64,000 nt of DNA from an uncultured Puniceicoccaceae bacterium (GTDB lineage Bacteria > Verrucomicrobiota > Verrucomicrobiia > Opitutales > Oceanipulchritudinaceae), in NCBI GenBank assembly GCA_963933835.1, contig CAWVVV010000005.1, positions 32,001-96,000 on the forward strand, given 5' to 3'. A model generated the notes under the pieces. The model was not told the DNA's origin. It was given only the letters and a program-made list of their open reading frames with translations, and made no database searches. The position numbers and the translations under genes were made by a program. Position 1 is the stretch's first letter, and each line of letters begins with the position of its first letter. Positions 20,042 to 30,614 of the stretch are shown here, piece by piece.

Positions 20042-20890
20042 TTATAAAGCCGCCCGGCAAAAAAAGTACCGGTCGCGCCCCGAGGCGTCGGCTTTGCTTT
20101 CGATCCCCATGAAGCCCGACTCCTCAGCGAGCGTCATCAGTGCGGTGTGCTGTGCAATGCCCGTTTCAAGTGCCACTAGGCCACCTGGACAAAGACATGC
20201 CTTCGCACCAGCTAAGATCTCGCGCAGGTCAACCAGCCCAGCGTCTGCCGCGACCAAAGCCACCTTCGGATCAAACTCCTTCACCTCGGGCTGGGCACTC
20301 TCCCACTCGGCTTCGGTCAGGTATGGTGGGTTGCTCACAATTAAATCGAAGGGCGGCTCATCTAAACCTTCAAACCAACTGCCTTCACGCCAGGTGATAT
20401 TATTCAAAGAACACAGCTCAGCATTTTCTCGCGCCAGAGAAAGCGCTTCGGCGGAACGATCCACTGCAATGATAGAGGCCTCAGGCCAAAGTGCCGCGAG
20501 GGCCAAGGCGATCGCACCACTCCCTGTACCCAAATCTAGAATACGCTCCGGAGGCTTCCGGGCTTCATCTCGAATAAGCTCGATGAGATCTTCCGTCTCA
20601 GGCCGAGGAATCAGGGCCCGCTGATCCGCCTTCAGTGTAAGCCCTGCGAAATCAACCGTCCCGAGGATATGTTGAAGGGGCTCCCTTTGAGCTCGCCGAC
20701 GAACGAGAGGACGAAGTTTGTCGAGAATCGCATCCTCCATTGGACGGTCGAATTTAAGGAAAAGCTCGAGCCGCTTGCAGCCGATCACCCCCGCTATAAG
20801 CCATTCCGCATCTAGACGAGGTGTCTCCAACCCTGCCTTCTCAAAGTAGGCGGCGGTGCGCTGGATGATCTCAAGTAGACTCGGCGGCAT
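20042..20890 (-). CDS. prmC: Release factor glutamine methyltransferase
   Basis: REPLQHILG, LIPRPETE, LDLGTGSGAI and SNPPY; downstream of prfA. Confidence 0.95.
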   Translation of the reverse strand: MPPSLLEIIQRTAAYFEKAGLETPRLDAEWLIAGVIGCKRLELFLKFDRPMEDAILDKLRPLVRRRAQREPLQHILGTVDFAGLTLKADQRALIPRPETEDLIELIRDEARKPPERILDLGTGSGAIALALAALWPEASIIAVDRSAEALSLARENAELCSLNNITWREGSWFEGLDEPPFDLIVSNPPYLTEAEWESAQPEVKEFDPKVALVAADAGLVDLREILAGAKACLCPGGLVALETGIAQHTALMTLAEESGFMGIESKADASGRDRYFFCRAAL

Positions 20891-21003
20891 AACGGAGAGA
20901 AATAACTACAATATGAAAAGGCTACGATAAACGGGCTTGAATCAATGCAATCTTCGACGCAGCTTATCCAACGTTACACCAAAAACGACAATTGCGACCC
21001 CTG

Positions 21004-21038
21004 AAAGGCCGGAGCTCACGCTCCGGTCTTTCTTTTTT
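21004..21038. terminator. Stem-loop immediately after prfA (possibly bidirectional terminator)
   Basis: AAAGGCCGGAGC-TCAC-GCTCCGGTCTTT followed by CTTTTTT on the + strand; the loop reads GTGA (GNRA) on the - strand. Confidence 0.65.
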
Positions 21039-22131
21039 AAGCATCCGCGTTGGGCACCAGGTTTTCGATCTTGGCCGCACGGTCGGCCGCAAGGAGCGGA
21101 TCGATCACGGGATCAAGCACACCTGTCATGACTTCGGCCAAACTGTAGAGCGTCAGATTGATGCGGTGATCAGTCAGACGCCCTTGAGGAAAGTTGTAAG
21201 TGCGGATGCGCTCAGAGCGATCGCCGGTGCCGACCTGACTTTTCCGGTTAGCGGCGTATTTCGCATGCTCCTCCTCCTCTTTCTTTTCGAGCAGTCGGGA
21301 ACGGAGAACCTTGAGCGCTTTGGCCTTATTCTTCAGCTGTGAGCGTTCATCGGCGCACTTCACGATCGCACCGGTTGGCTTGTGCAGAATTTGCACTGCT
21401 GAGTCCGTCGTGTTAACGCCTTGCCCACCTGGTCCACTCGCCCGCGCAACCGTGATTTCTAGTTCGGCCGGATCAATATGGATATCGACGTCTTCCGCCT
21501 CAGGCAGAACCGCAACGGTTGCCGCTGAGGTGTGAATGCGGCCGCCGGCTTCGGTTTCAGGCACGCGCTGCACCCGGTGCACCCCGGACTCAAATTTCAA
21601 GCGGCGATAGACTTCTTCACCAGAGACAAGAAAGCTAATTTCTTTAAATCCACCTGCTTCAGACTCACTTGACCCGAGCGTTTCAATTTTCCAGCCCACC
21701 GTCTCAACGAAGCGCGCATACATCCGATACAAATCGCCTGCAAAGAGCGCCGCCTCATCTCCGCCCGTTCCAGCGCGGATTTCGATGATCGTGTTGCGGG
21801 AATCACTCGGATCAGGCGGGATCATGGCCGTCAGCATATCCTCGTAGAGCTTCTCCAGTTTGGCCTCAAACTCAGGAATCTCTTCCTCGGCAAGCGTCCG
21901 CAGCTCAGCGTCCATTTCCGGGTCGCTGACCATTTCGCGGTTCTCTTCGAGAGCCTTTCCCGAGGAACCAAACTCCTCAGCCAGCTCTAGTAGCTGGGAG
22001 AGCTTCTGGTGCTCCCTCGAAACGTCGGCGGCGCGGCGGCCGTCGCTGTAAAAATTGGGCTCGGCCATGAGTCCATCGAGCTCTTTGAGGCGAGCCTCAA
22101 ACGGGGCTAAATCTGGCAACTTTGCTATCAT
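21037..22131 (-). CDS. prfA: Peptide chain release factor 1
   Basis: [25 protein letters not shown] (PxT motif of RF1), GPGGQGVN and RTYNFPQ. Confidence 0.97.
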   Translation of the reverse strand: MIAKLPDLAPFEARLKELDGLMAEPNFYSDGRRAADVSREHQKLSQLLELAEEFGSSGKALEENREMVSDPEMDAELRTLAEEEIPEFEAKLEKLYEDMLTAMIPPDPSDSRNTIIEIRAGTGGDEAALFAGDLYRMYARFVETVGWKIETLGSSESEAGGFKEISFLVSGEEVYRRLKFESGVHRVQRVPETEAGGRIHTSAATVAVLPEAEDVDIHIDPAELEITVARASGPGGQGVNTTDSAVQILHKPTGAIVKCADERSQLKNKAKALKVLRSRLLEKKEEEEHAKYAANRKSQVGTGDRSERIRTYNFPQGRLTDHRINLTLYSLAEVMTGVLDPVIDPLLAADRAAKIENLVPNADA

Positions 22132-22291
22132 CGAATCGTCTTATCTGTCCAAAAGGGAAAATAAGGCGGCTTTGTTAGGAAATGACAAGGCCAGTAAAGA
22201 AACCATCGCACCGTGACGTTTTCTGCTTTCATCCCTTCGCCTTCGCAGATGGAGTGAAGCCTGCCTGAATCTAACCCGCATCGCTAGACCT

Positions 22292-23323
22292 ATGCCCGAA
22301 GATACCCTCCACCGCCAAAACATCGTCGCCTGTATTTGGGACTTCGACAAAACGCTCATCCCCGGCTACATGCAGGCGCCGCTATTTAAGCACTTCGGTA
22401 TCGAAGAGCGCGCCTTTTGGAACGAGGTCAACGCCCTGCCGGACATCTACGCCAAGCGTGGTGTGCGGGTCAGCCCCGAGACGATGTATCTCAATCACCT
22501 GCTCACTTACGTTCGGCACAACCGCATGGAAGGCCTCAACAACGCTCTACTGCGTGAGCTCGGCAAAGAACTGAAATTTTTCGAAGGACTGCCCGCGTGC
22601 TTTCCCGCCTTGAAAAAACTCATTCAAGAAACACCCGCCTATGCCCGCTTCGAAATTAAGCTGGAGCACTACATTATCTCTACCGGCCTCGCCGAAATGA
22701 TTCGGGGCAGCGCGATCTACCCTTTTGTTGAAACCGTTTACGGCTGTGAATTTATTGAAGAGCCTCTACCGCCAGACTTTGCGACCCAGGGAGAGTTTCC
22801 CATCGAAGGACCGACCGAAATCAGCCAGATCGGCCAGCTCGTCGATAACACGATCAAAACGCGTTTCATCTTCGAGATCAACAAGGGCACGAACAAGCTA
22901 GAGAGCATCAACGTGAACTCAAAGGTCGCGCAAAACGACCGCCGCGTCCCGATCCGCAATATGATCTACATCGCCGACGGCCCGAGCGACATCCCTGTCT
23001 TCTCCGTCGTGCGCAAAAACGGCGGGCGCACTTACGCTGTCTACGAACCGAAAAACGAAAAGGAATTCGCTCAGAACGACACCCTCCGTGAAAACGGCCG
23101 CGTGCATCACTTCGGCCGCGCCGACTACCGCGAAAAAAGCGATACCTACCTCTGGCTCTCGAATGCCCTCCGTAAAACCTGCGATCGCATCGTCGAAGAA
23201 AGCGAGCAGGCCCTCAACCGCCGCGTCGGCGACCCACCCCGGCACCTCCACAGGGACGAGCCCCTGCCACCAGATGGCCCCGCGCAATCGGAGATCTTCC
23301 CCCCAGATTCCTCCCAATCCTAA
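22292..23323 (+). CDS. HAD-like hydrolase
   Basis: Motif I WDFDKT, ISTG, and motif [10 protein letters not shown]. Confidence 0.85.
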   Translation: MPEDTLHRQNIVACIWDFDKTLIPGYMQAPLFKHFGIEERAFWNEVNALPDIYAKRGVRVSPETMYLNHLLTYVRHNRMEGLNNALLRELGKELKFFEGLPACFPALKKLIQETPAYARFEIKLEHYIISTGLAEMIRGSAIYPFVETVYGCEFIEEPLPPDFATQGEFPIEGPTEISQIGQLVDNTIKTRFIFEINKGTNKLESINVNSKVAQNDRRVPIRNMIYIADGPSDIPVFSVVRKNGGRTYAVYEPKNEKEFAQNDTLRENGRVHHFGRADYREKSDTYLWLSNALRKTCDRIVEESEQALNRRVGDPPRHLHRDEPLPPDGPAQSEIFPPDSSQS

Positions 23324-23467
23324 TCCCACCCCTTTCAATTCCTTATAAACGCGCCGAATTAATAAATGGGCAGAACGCCGGTTTCATGCTCAGATCGTGT
23401 TTAATCAGAGCCCCAAAAAACTTACTGCCCACGGAATTTTTCCCCTTACTCCTCGCTCTCCCTAAAA

Positions 23468-23689
23468 ATGCTCCGAACCCTCACAGCCTACAGCCTGATC
23501 TTCATGCTCGCTGTAAACAGCCTCCTGTCCGCAGTGGGCGGAGCCGGTTTGTGTCTTCAAGCGTTGGATCATGGCCATTTTTCTTTCGGCTCTAATCCCT
23601 TAGCTACTGACGATTGCCACAGCAGCAAAACGGATTTGCTACCGCGAGAACGACAAAAAGCTGGAAAAAGTGTTTCAACAAAAGTTTGA
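23468..23689 (+). other. Short ORF with signal/TM segment and Cys/His motif, possibly a truncated remnant
   Basis: MLRTLTAYSLIFMLAVNSLLSAVGGAGLCLQALDHGH...DDCH, followed by an uninformative tail. Confidence 0.35.
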
Positions 23690-23860
23690 GGCATCCGTTT
23701 GCAGGTTATTCCCACAAATCTGTATTAAATCTAGCGGTAATCTATCGCAGACCGCAATCATCGTATGCCTCTTTTTCAACAGATCAAAATCCAGCAATAT
23801 CCATTTTCGGCTCTTTTCTTCTTTCCCTCACGCCGATCTACGTTCTTCTCCTAATCTCCC

Positions 23861-24331
23861 ATGGCCAAAGTAGACCTCGATATCGTAAAGTATGTTCTTG
23901 AACACACCGATCAGTTTGATGTTCGGCAAGTTGCCAGCCTGATCGAGCAGATCAACAAGGCTCAAGAGGAGATCGATGCTGAGAAGCCGAAGACTCCAGC
24001 GGTGAAGAAACAGTTCGTCATTCTCGTATCGGACCCGAACAACGACCTCCCGGACAATGACTTTGTCGGCTGGGTTGCCCAGATCCCCGAAGACGACTCC
24101 CCTGCAACGACCGAGGAGCGCCTTAACAAGGCCGCCTACGAATTCAACACTACGCCGCGTGGTCGCAAACTCCCCGCCACCACGATCGGTGAAGCCTGCG
24201 AATCCGTCCCTGCACGCCTCCTCAAGGAGCACGATGTCTGGGTGAAAACGAAGGAGCCCGTCCTCATCGTGAAGTCAAGTAACGCCATCCCGATGGACGA
24301 CTTGAAATCCGAATCGCGCCAAGACATTTAG
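23861..24331 (+). CDS. Hypothetical protein
   Basis: 156-aa ORF with host-like codon usage and globular composition; no family recognised. Confidence 0.8.
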   Translation: MAKVDLDIVKYVLEHTDQFDVRQVASLIEQINKAQEEIDAEKPKTPAVKKQFVILVSDPNNDLPDNDFVGWVAQIPEDDSPATTEERLNKAAYEFNTTPRGRKLPATTIGEACESVPARLLKEHDVWVKTKEPVLIVKSSNAIPMDDLKSESRQDI

Positions 24332-24348
24332 TCAGCAAATAGCGGCAC

Positions 24349-24376
24349 AGGGTTAATAATTATAAATAATAACCCT
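24349..24376. promoter_or_regulatory. 28-bp AT-rich inverted repeat upstream of gnd
   Basis: AGGGTTA-ATAATTATAAATAA-TAACCCT: perfect 7-bp outer arms with an imperfectly palindromic core. Confidence 0.5.
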
Positions 24377-24434
24377 CAATCTGCTGCTTTCGACTTGCAC
24401 CTCATTAGTTAGGGTCTTGCTTTAGCCGGTATCT

Positions 24435-25934
24435 ATGAGTGATTCAGATATCGGACTTATTGGCTTGGCCGTCATGGGCCAAAACCTCGCCCTTAACATA
24501 GCGGACCACGGCTTCCGTATTTCGGTTTTCAACCGAACAACGAGTAAAACGACGACTTTCGTCGCGAACAATCCGGACACCCCGGGCGGCCTCGTTGACT
24601 GCCAGACGCTGGAAGCATTTGTCCAGTCACTCAAGCGTCCGCGTAAGATGATCATTCTCGTGCAAGCGGGTGGTGCAACCGACGCTGTCATTAATGGCCT
24701 CGTCCCTCTCCTCGATGAAGGCGACATCATCATCGACGGTGGTAACGCTCAGTGGACGGACACGATCCGCCGCGAAAAGGAACTCACTGCTAAGAACCTC
24801 CGCTTCATCGGTAGTGGTGTCAGTGGTGGTGAAGAAGGCGCGCGCTTCGGCCCCGCTCTCATGCCCGGTGGCACTGAAGAAGCTTGGCAACACCTCAAGC
24901 CGATCTGGGAAGCCGTCGCCGCAAAGGTCGACGCCAAGACAGGTATCGAGCTCAAAGGCGCAGCCCCCGGCAAGCCGATCGAAGGTGGCGTTCCTTGCAC
25001 CGCTTACATCGGACCCAATGGCGCAGGACACTACGTCAAGATGGTGCACAATGGCATCGAGTATGGTGACATGCAGATGATCTGCGAAGCCTATGACCTC
25101 ATGCGTGGGGTTCTCGGCATGACACCGCCAGAAATGGCCACAGTCTTTAAGAAGTGGAACGAAGGTCGCCTCAACAGCTTCCTCATCGAGATCACCGCTG
25201 ACATCCTCGCTCAGGCAGACCCAGAAACCGGCAAACCTTTCGTTGACATCGTTCTCGATACCGCTGGCCAAAAGGGCACAGGTAAATGGACAAGCATCGA
25301 CGCCCTCAACATGGGTGTGCCTGCTCCGACCATCGCCGAGTCCGTCTTCGCCCGCTGCCTCAGCGCGGTGAAAGATGAGCGCGTGGCTGCTTCCAAGCTC
25401 CTCGCCCAGCGCGTTGTAAAACCTTACGAAGGCGACAAACAAGCCTTCATCGATGCGATCGAAGACGCCCTCTACTGCTCGAAGATTTGCTCTTACGCAC
25501 AAGGCTTCCAGCAAATGCGTTACGCTGAAGACGTCTACGACTGGAAGCTCAACTTCGGCGAGATCGCCCAAGTCTTCCGTGGCGGCTGCATCATCCGTGC
25601 TGGCTTCCTTCAGAAGATCACCGAGGCCTACGAGCAAGCTCCAGAGCTCGCTAATCTCCTCCTCGATCCATTCTTCCTCGAAACAGTTGAGAAGGCAGAC
25701 GCCAACTGGCGCGAAGTTATCGCGACGGCCGTCATGGCTGGCGTTCCAGCTCCAACCTTCAGCAGCGCCCTCGCTTACTTCGATAGCTACCGCAGTGCCG
25801 ACCTCCCGCAGAACCTCCTCCAGGCTCAGCGCGACTACTTCGGTGCTCACACCTACGAGCGTAAAGACAAGCCACGCGGTCAGTTCTACCATATCGACTG
25901 GCCTGACCCAACTCGTCCACAACTCGACTGCTAA
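24435..25934 (+). CDS. gnd: NADP-dependent 6-phosphogluconate dehydrogenase (decarboxylating)
   Basis: [46 protein letters not shown] and [10 protein letters not shown]. Confidence 0.98.
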   Translation: MSDSDIGLIGLAVMGQNLALNIADHGFRISVFNRTTSKTTTFVANNPDTPGGLVDCQTLEAFVQSLKRPRKMIILVQAGGATDAVINGLVPLLDEGDIIIDGGNAQWTDTIRREKELTAKNLRFIGSGVSGGEEGARFGPALMPGGTEEAWQHLKPIWEAVAAKVDAKTGIELKGAAPGKPIEGGVPCTAYIGPNGAGHYVKMVHNGIEYGDMQMICEAYDLMRGVLGMTPPEMATVFKKWNEGRLNSFLIEITADILAQADPETGKPFVDIVLDTAGQKGTGKWTSIDALNMGVPAPTIAESVFARCLSAVKDERVAASKLLAQRVVKPYEGDKQAFIDAIEDALYCSKICSYAQGFQQMRYAEDVYDWKLNFGEIAQVFRGGCIIRAGFLQKITEAYEQAPELANLLLDPFFLETVEKADANWREVIATAVMAGVPAPTFSSALAYFDSYRSADLPQNLLQAQRDYFGAHTYERKDKPRGQFYHIDWPDPTRPQLDC

Positions 25935-25989
25935 AGCGGCACAGCAAAGAAAGACCTTTCAAAAGCTTTCTTCACACTCTCCCCAATCC

Positions 25990-26024
25990 AAGGCGCACGG
26001 TTCAAACCGTGCGCCTTTCTTTTT
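25990..26024 (+). terminator. Rho-independent terminator after gnd
   Basis: Stem AAGGCGCACGGT / ACCGTGCGCCTT followed by TCTTTTT. Confidence 0.85.
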
Positions 26025-26170
26025 GTCCGGAGGGGCGGAAACACCACACTTGATGCTCCTTGGAGTTCGCTCGCAACCGGCCTCATCGCAACCGGCTCAA
26101 CGACAAGGCATCAAGTCGTCACTAGCGAGCCGATCCTCTTTCTTCAGATCGAAATTGGGGAGTAGCTCAA

Positions 26171-27517
26171 TCAGCTAACAGTCGCCGTGAGCGATATCTT
26201 CACACCCCGACGAAGATAGGTTGGAACATCGAGATCCGAGCCTTCGTATAGATTCTCATCTGTCTTATCAAAGTAGCCGCGGTTTTCTTCCGCACTTGGG
26301 AAAGCAAATTCTTCCTGGTCTTTAAGCGCTTTAGCTTTACGTCCGAGAGATGGCTTGTGGGGCTTCGTCCATGTGGATGCGCGAGCCGGCTTCAAATCAG
26401 CCATTGGTGACGCCTCCAGAACTGCCTCAGTCACACTGCCCTCTGTATGGTCGGACGCCTTTTCAACTGTATCCAGCGCCTTCGATGCCGTGCGTGTATT
26501 TGATTTTAGAACACGGCGTGAACGTTTCACGGTGCGCTTTGTGCGATCAAGAGATGTCGTTCCGATCACTGTAATCGCAACTTTTCCAGTCATACTACCT
26601 TCGATCACTGCCCCGAGAACAACTTGTTCTTTGGAGCGGAAACGTTCCGTTACAAATTCGATGATTTCGCTCACCTTTGTCATTTCAAGTTCCGGACCAC
26701 CGGCGACATGAAGGATGAGACTATCCGTTTCGCGGATGTAGCGATTCTCTGGAAGGTGAAGGAGCGGGCAAACATCGAGCTGGCGAAGCGCTTCGGCGAC
26801 CGCATCGGGCCCCTCAGCTTCGGCGAAGCCAAAGAGCGTTTTGCCGCCCTGAAAAGAGAAGGCCTCTCGCAGCTTAGCAAAGTCGACATTGATCAACCCA
26901 TCTTCGGCAAGCATCGACGAGATGGCGCATACGCCGCGCCCGATCCAGTCGTCCGCGAGTTGAAAGGCATCCAGCACCGTCGCCTTTTCATCGATCTCTT
27001 GCAGGAGCAAATCGTTCGGCAAGGTAATGACGGCGTGGCAGCGCTCGCGGAGGGCACAGAGCGCAGTCTCTGCTCGTTTCGCATTGCGTGAACCTTCACG
27101 ACTGAAGGGCAAAGTAACAAAAGCAATTACAACGGCGCCAAGCTCACTCGCGATCTCGGCGACAACCGGTGCAGCGCCACTACCCGTTCCGCCACCTAGA
27201 CCCGCAGCGAGAAAAACGAGGTCTTGGCCTTCCAGAATCTTTTCAATTTCATCGGCAGCTTCCTCTGCCGCAGCCTTCCCTACCGCTTCATCATACCCCG
27301 CACTTAAGCCACCTGTGGCTTCTCGACCCAAGAGTACTCTCTCGGGCACTGGAGAAGACGAAAGCGACTTAAGATCGGTATTCAAATTGGCCAGTGGCAA
27401 TTTAATGCGTTGGGCCATCTGCAAGCGATCGACGGCGTTGTTACCGGCACCGCCGATACCGACGACCTTCATCTGCAAAGCTGGCAAGTCTTCAAGGCTG
27501 GGATCGAATTCGCTCAT
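26171..27517 (-). CDS. ftsZ: Cell division protein FtsZ (divergent)
   Basis: VVGIGGAGNNAV, NTD, AGLGGGTGSGAAP signature and C-terminal DLDVPTYLR. Start 27517 overlaps the ftsA stop (ATGA). Confidence 0.93.
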   Translation of the reverse strand: MSEFDPSLEDLPALQMKVVGIGGAGNNAVDRLQMAQRIKLPLANLNTDLKSLSSSPVPERVLLGREATGGLSAGYDEAVGKAAAEEAADEIEKILEGQDLVFLAAGLGGGTGSGAAPVVAEIASELGAVVIAFVTLPFSREGSRNAKRAETALCALRERCHAVITLPNDLLLQEIDEKATVLDAFQLADDWIGRGVCAISSMLAEDGLINVDFAKLREAFSFQGGKTLFGFAEAEGPDAVAEALRQLDVCPLLHLPENRYIRETDSLILHVAGGPELEMTKVSEIIEFVTERFRSKEQVVLGAVIEGSMTGKVAITVIGTTSLDRTKRTVKRSRRVLKSNTRTASKALDTVEKASDHTEGSVTEAVLEASPMADLKPARASTWTKPHKPSLGRKAKALKDQEEFAFPSAEENRGYFDKTDENLYEGSDLDVPTYLRRGVKISLTATVS

Positions 27518-28728
27518 TTGAATATCTCCGTCATTTTTGAAATCCATCGGCGCGATTTAGCCTGTGTCCCGTCTGTTGCATGAGTGCGCTTCGCTGAGAG
27601 ACCATGGTGCATCAAGCCGAGCACGGTACTGAATTCTGGATCACGTAATTGTTCGTTGGACACCCAATCAGGGTTTTGCGCTGTTCGAACAGGAACCTTG
27701 AGGATCGACTCACCTAAGGTAGCGAGATCCTGCAAGCGCGACCCTCCCCCAGTCAAAATGACGCCAGCGGGCAGGTTTTGAGCACTGAGTAAGCTGCCCA
27801 GTTTGTTTTGCAAAATCATGAAGAGCTCCTCGGCACGGGCGTTTAGAATCTTATTAATCGCCATGCGCGGAATCGGTCGATCGCCGATACGCATGTCACC
27901 AACAAGCATTACATTCTGTCCCTTGTCGTCGCGATCTACAAGGGCCTTGCCATAGCGCAGCTTAAGGCTTTCAGCATCTTTGTAGCTGATCCGAAGTCCA
28001 AGGCTCAGATCATTTGTGAAATGGTCACCACCGACCGCAATCACCCCGGTGCGCGCTACTCGGCCCTGCCGGTAGAGAACATAGTCGGTCGTTCCGCAAC
28101 CAATGTCTAAGACGAGCACACCTGCACGCTTCTCTTCTTCAAGCGTCACCATGCTGCCAGACGCGATACTCGACACGATCATATCCTCAACCGTGAGGGA
28201 AAATCCATTGATGACGTGCATCGGGTCGGCGATTTTTCGCTCATTGCCATGAACATGCCAATAGTGCGCCTCAAGCTGCGATCCCTGACGATCGAGAGGC
28301 TCAGCATATGGCTCGCCGTCGAGCACATAGCCACTGCGAACGTGGTGGATGTAGAGGCGACCTTGTGGCAGCGCCTTACTCCGAGCATTTTCTGCCGCAC
28401 GCTCAATATCTACGGGGCGCACCCAGTTATCAGCGTCTTCAACCGTCACTACACCCGAGTTGTTAAAGCCTTCCAAATGGTTACCAGTGATCGCGAGATA
28501 GACGCCTTGAATCTCGGCGCCCGCACATTTTTCTGCAGTGAGCAGCGCAGCGTGGGTGCAATCGCTGGCCGCACGAATGTCAAAAATCTCACCCTTGCGC
28601 ACACCTCGACTCGATGCTTGGCCGAGCCCTATAATCTCGAGTTCACGCCCATCGACGATCTCACCAACAAGGACAACGACTTTAGAGGTTCCGATTTCAA
28701 CTGCACCGATGATCGTGGAAGCATTCAT
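27514..28728 (-). CDS. ftsA: Cell division protein FtsA
   Basis: EIGTSKV, GVRKGEI, LDIGCGTT, VGGDHFTNDL and ILTGGGS; located between ftsQ and ftsZ. Confidence 0.95.
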   Translation of the reverse strand: MNASTIIGAVEIGTSKVVVLVGEIVDGRELEIIGLGQASSRGVRKGEIFDIRAASDCTHAALLTAEKCAGAEIQGVYLAITGNHLEGFNNSGVVTVEDADNWVRPVDIERAAENARSKALPQGRLYIHHVRSGYVLDGEPYAEPLDRQGSQLEAHYWHVHGNERKIADPMHVINGFSLTVEDMIVSSIASGSMVTLEEEKRAGVLVLDIGCGTTDYVLYRQGRVARTGVIAVGGDHFTNDLSLGLRISYKDAESLKLRYGKALVDRDDKGQNVMLVGDMRIGDRPIPRMAINKILNARAEELFMILQNKLGSLLSAQNLPAGVILTGGGSRLQDLATLGESILKVPVRTAQNPDWVSNEQLRDPEFSTVLGLMHHGLSAKRTHATDGTQAKSRRWISKMTEIFK

Positions 28729-28737
28729 AACGTGGGA

Positions 28738-29676
28738 TCAGGATTTGCGGACTTGGACAATAGCTTGGCCAGGAAATGAGAGGTCGATCTTGTAAAATCC
28801 GCCTAGGCGCTGTGAATTATTCACCGCAACCACTTCATTCAGCTTGCGGAGTTGGCCTTGAAATTGATTCGGAGCAAAAACTATCCGGTCTGAGGTCCGG
28901 CTCTTAATCTCGATCACTGAATGCACCGCACCGGGATCTGTATTCAGATTCGAGACAGAAACCCATTTCCAATCGCCATAAAGAGCGGGAAACTCGTTCC
29001 GAGCGGTTTCAAGAAGTGGGGCAAGCTGCTTCATCTCTTCAACCTCTTGGATCTGCCCATCCCACCACTGGAAGCGAATGCCGGCGAGGCCAGGAAGCGC
29101 TGCGATCGTCTCAGTGGGATAATTGTAGCCATCGAAAACAGTCCCATCCCCTGCGATCAAAATGTTAATAATCTGATTTCCGGGCGTGCGAACACGGGCT
29201 CGCAAGAGTGGCTTCCTTTCATCCAATCGAATAATCAGAGTATCTGGCAGTGAAACTGAGACCGAGGCAGTCTTCACTTGTCCGTGCGTTTCGATCTGTG
29301 CCTTCAGCTTCTGCAGATCATAGCCCATCGTGCGGACTCCAAGTTCAATCGGAAAATGACTTTGAAACCAGCGGGCATCAAGAACGCCATCACTCACAAA
29401 CTCTATCCGTTCGATCGTTCCGACCGCATGCGAAGGTGTATCAAGGGGCAGTTGCTTCCCTGAGAAGTAAAGCCCGTACGAAATAGCTCCTATCGCTATG
29501 ACTGCTGCTATTCCTGCACCAAGCCAACGGAAAGTGCGCTTCCAACGTCGGGAGCGAGAAGCCGAGGAGGTCGATTTCAAGCCATTATTTTGCTGAATAC
29601 TTTGCCAAGTGCCGTCCGGCTTAGTCTTGCGAGCCGTCTTCTTTTTCTGTGGGGATTTTTTTACTACTTTAGCCAT
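28738..29676 (-). CDS. ftsQ: Cell division protein FtsQ/DivIB
   Basis: Basic N-tail, one TM helix, POTRA-like segment (LPDTLIIRLDERKP) and C-terminal KIDLSF; located between ddl and ftsA. Confidence 0.8.
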   Translation of the reverse strand: MAKVVKKSPQKKKTARKTKPDGTWQSIQQNNGLKSTSSASRSRRWKRTFRWLGAGIAAVIAIGAISYGLYFSGKQLPLDTPSHAVGTIERIEFVSDGVLDARWFQSHFPIELGVRTMGYDLQKLKAQIETHGQVKTASVSVSLPDTLIIRLDERKPLLRARVRTPGNQIINILIAGDGTVFDGYNYPTETIAALPGLAGIRFQWWDGQIQEVEEMKQLAPLLETARNEFPALYGDWKWVSVSNLNTDPGAVHSVIEIKSRTSDRIVFAPNQFQGQLRKLNEVVAVNNSQRLGGFYKIDLSFPGQAIVQVRKS

Positions 29677-29687
29677 GCGTAATCACT

Positions 29688-30614
29688 TTAGAAGTTTTTT
29701 GACCGTTTGAGCGCTGGTGTCAACATACTCGATACAAGAGAAGCAAAATTGTATCCAAATACACTCGCACTTTTGGGCAAAAGGCTCGTTTCGGTCATTC
29801 CTGGGAGTGTATTAATTTCGAGGAACGTGAAGCTCTCTCCATCTGTCATAAAATCAACCCGTGCAAAGTCACGCCCGCCCGCAGCAGTGAAAGCGATCAA
29901 AGCCGCCGCTCGAATCTCATTTGTAAGGTCTTCCGCGAGTTCCGCCGGCACACTATACCGCGTACTCCCAAGGGTGTACTTGTGTTCATAGTCATAAAAC
30001 CCTCCCTCAGGATGGCTCCCAATCACACCGAGGGGTGCATCATCTAGGATGCCTACCGTGACATCGAAGCCCGGAAGTCGCTCCTCCACAAGCCATTCAC
30101 CTTCAATGAGTTTAGGAAGCAGGGCTTTCCAAGAAGCTTCCGAGTTAAAAGCATAGAGTCCGACGCTACTGCCCTCTGCCGCCGGTTTCAAAACCAGTGA
30201 AGGCGATTCAAAATGATCAATCAGTGCTTTCCATGATGGCGGAGACGAATATTGAAAAATCATATCCTTCGCCACAGGAACTGCCATGGTACTCACAAGT
30301 TGTTTTGTAAGCGATTTTTGTATGCAAATCCGACTCGTTTTCGCATCACAGCCAACGTAGTCAAACCCACCCTCCTCAAGATCAGCCTGTAGACGCCCGT
30401 CTTCACCGTATCCACCATGGAGGACTGGGAAGATGATATCGGCCTCAGGATCTAAGGCTGCTGGAAGAGCTTCCTCCTTCAGATCGACCCAAATTTTATC
30501 ATACTCAGATGGAATGGCCCCAAAGACAGCTTTCGATGAGGCAAGGCTGACCTCTCTCTCACCTGAGACCCCGCCTCCCAGAACAACGATACGCCTTTTA
30601 GCCTTATCAACCAT
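29688..30614 (-). CDS. ddl: D-alanine--D-alanine ligase
   Basis: GGVSGEREVS, LHGGYGEDG, KPAAEGSSVG, YDYEHKY and EINTLPGMT. Start 30614 overlaps the murB stop. Confidence 0.95.
   Translation of the reverse strand: MVDKAKRRIVVLGGGVSGEREVSLASSKAVFGAIPSEYDKIWVDLKEEALPAALDPEADIIFPVLHGGYGEDGRLQADLEEGGFDYVGCDAKTSRICIQKSLTKQLVSTMAVPVAKDMIFQYSSPPSWKALIDHFESPSLVLKPAAEGSSVGLYAFNSEASWKALLPKLIEGEWLVEERLPGFDVTVGILDDAPLGVIGSHPEGGFYDYEHKYTLGSTRYSVPAELAEDLTNEIRAAALIAFTAAGGRDFARVDFMTDGESFTFLEINTLPGMTETSLLPKSASVFGYNFASLVSSMLTPALKRSKNF

Noticed and set aside
24627..25922. 431-aa antisense ORF over gnd
   Set aside because: Codon-aligned shadow of a highly biased gene, with no recognisable motifs.
26071..26096. 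Tandem TCGCAACCGGC x2 between the gnd terminator and the ftsZ end
   Set aside because: Two short copies only, with no supporting context.
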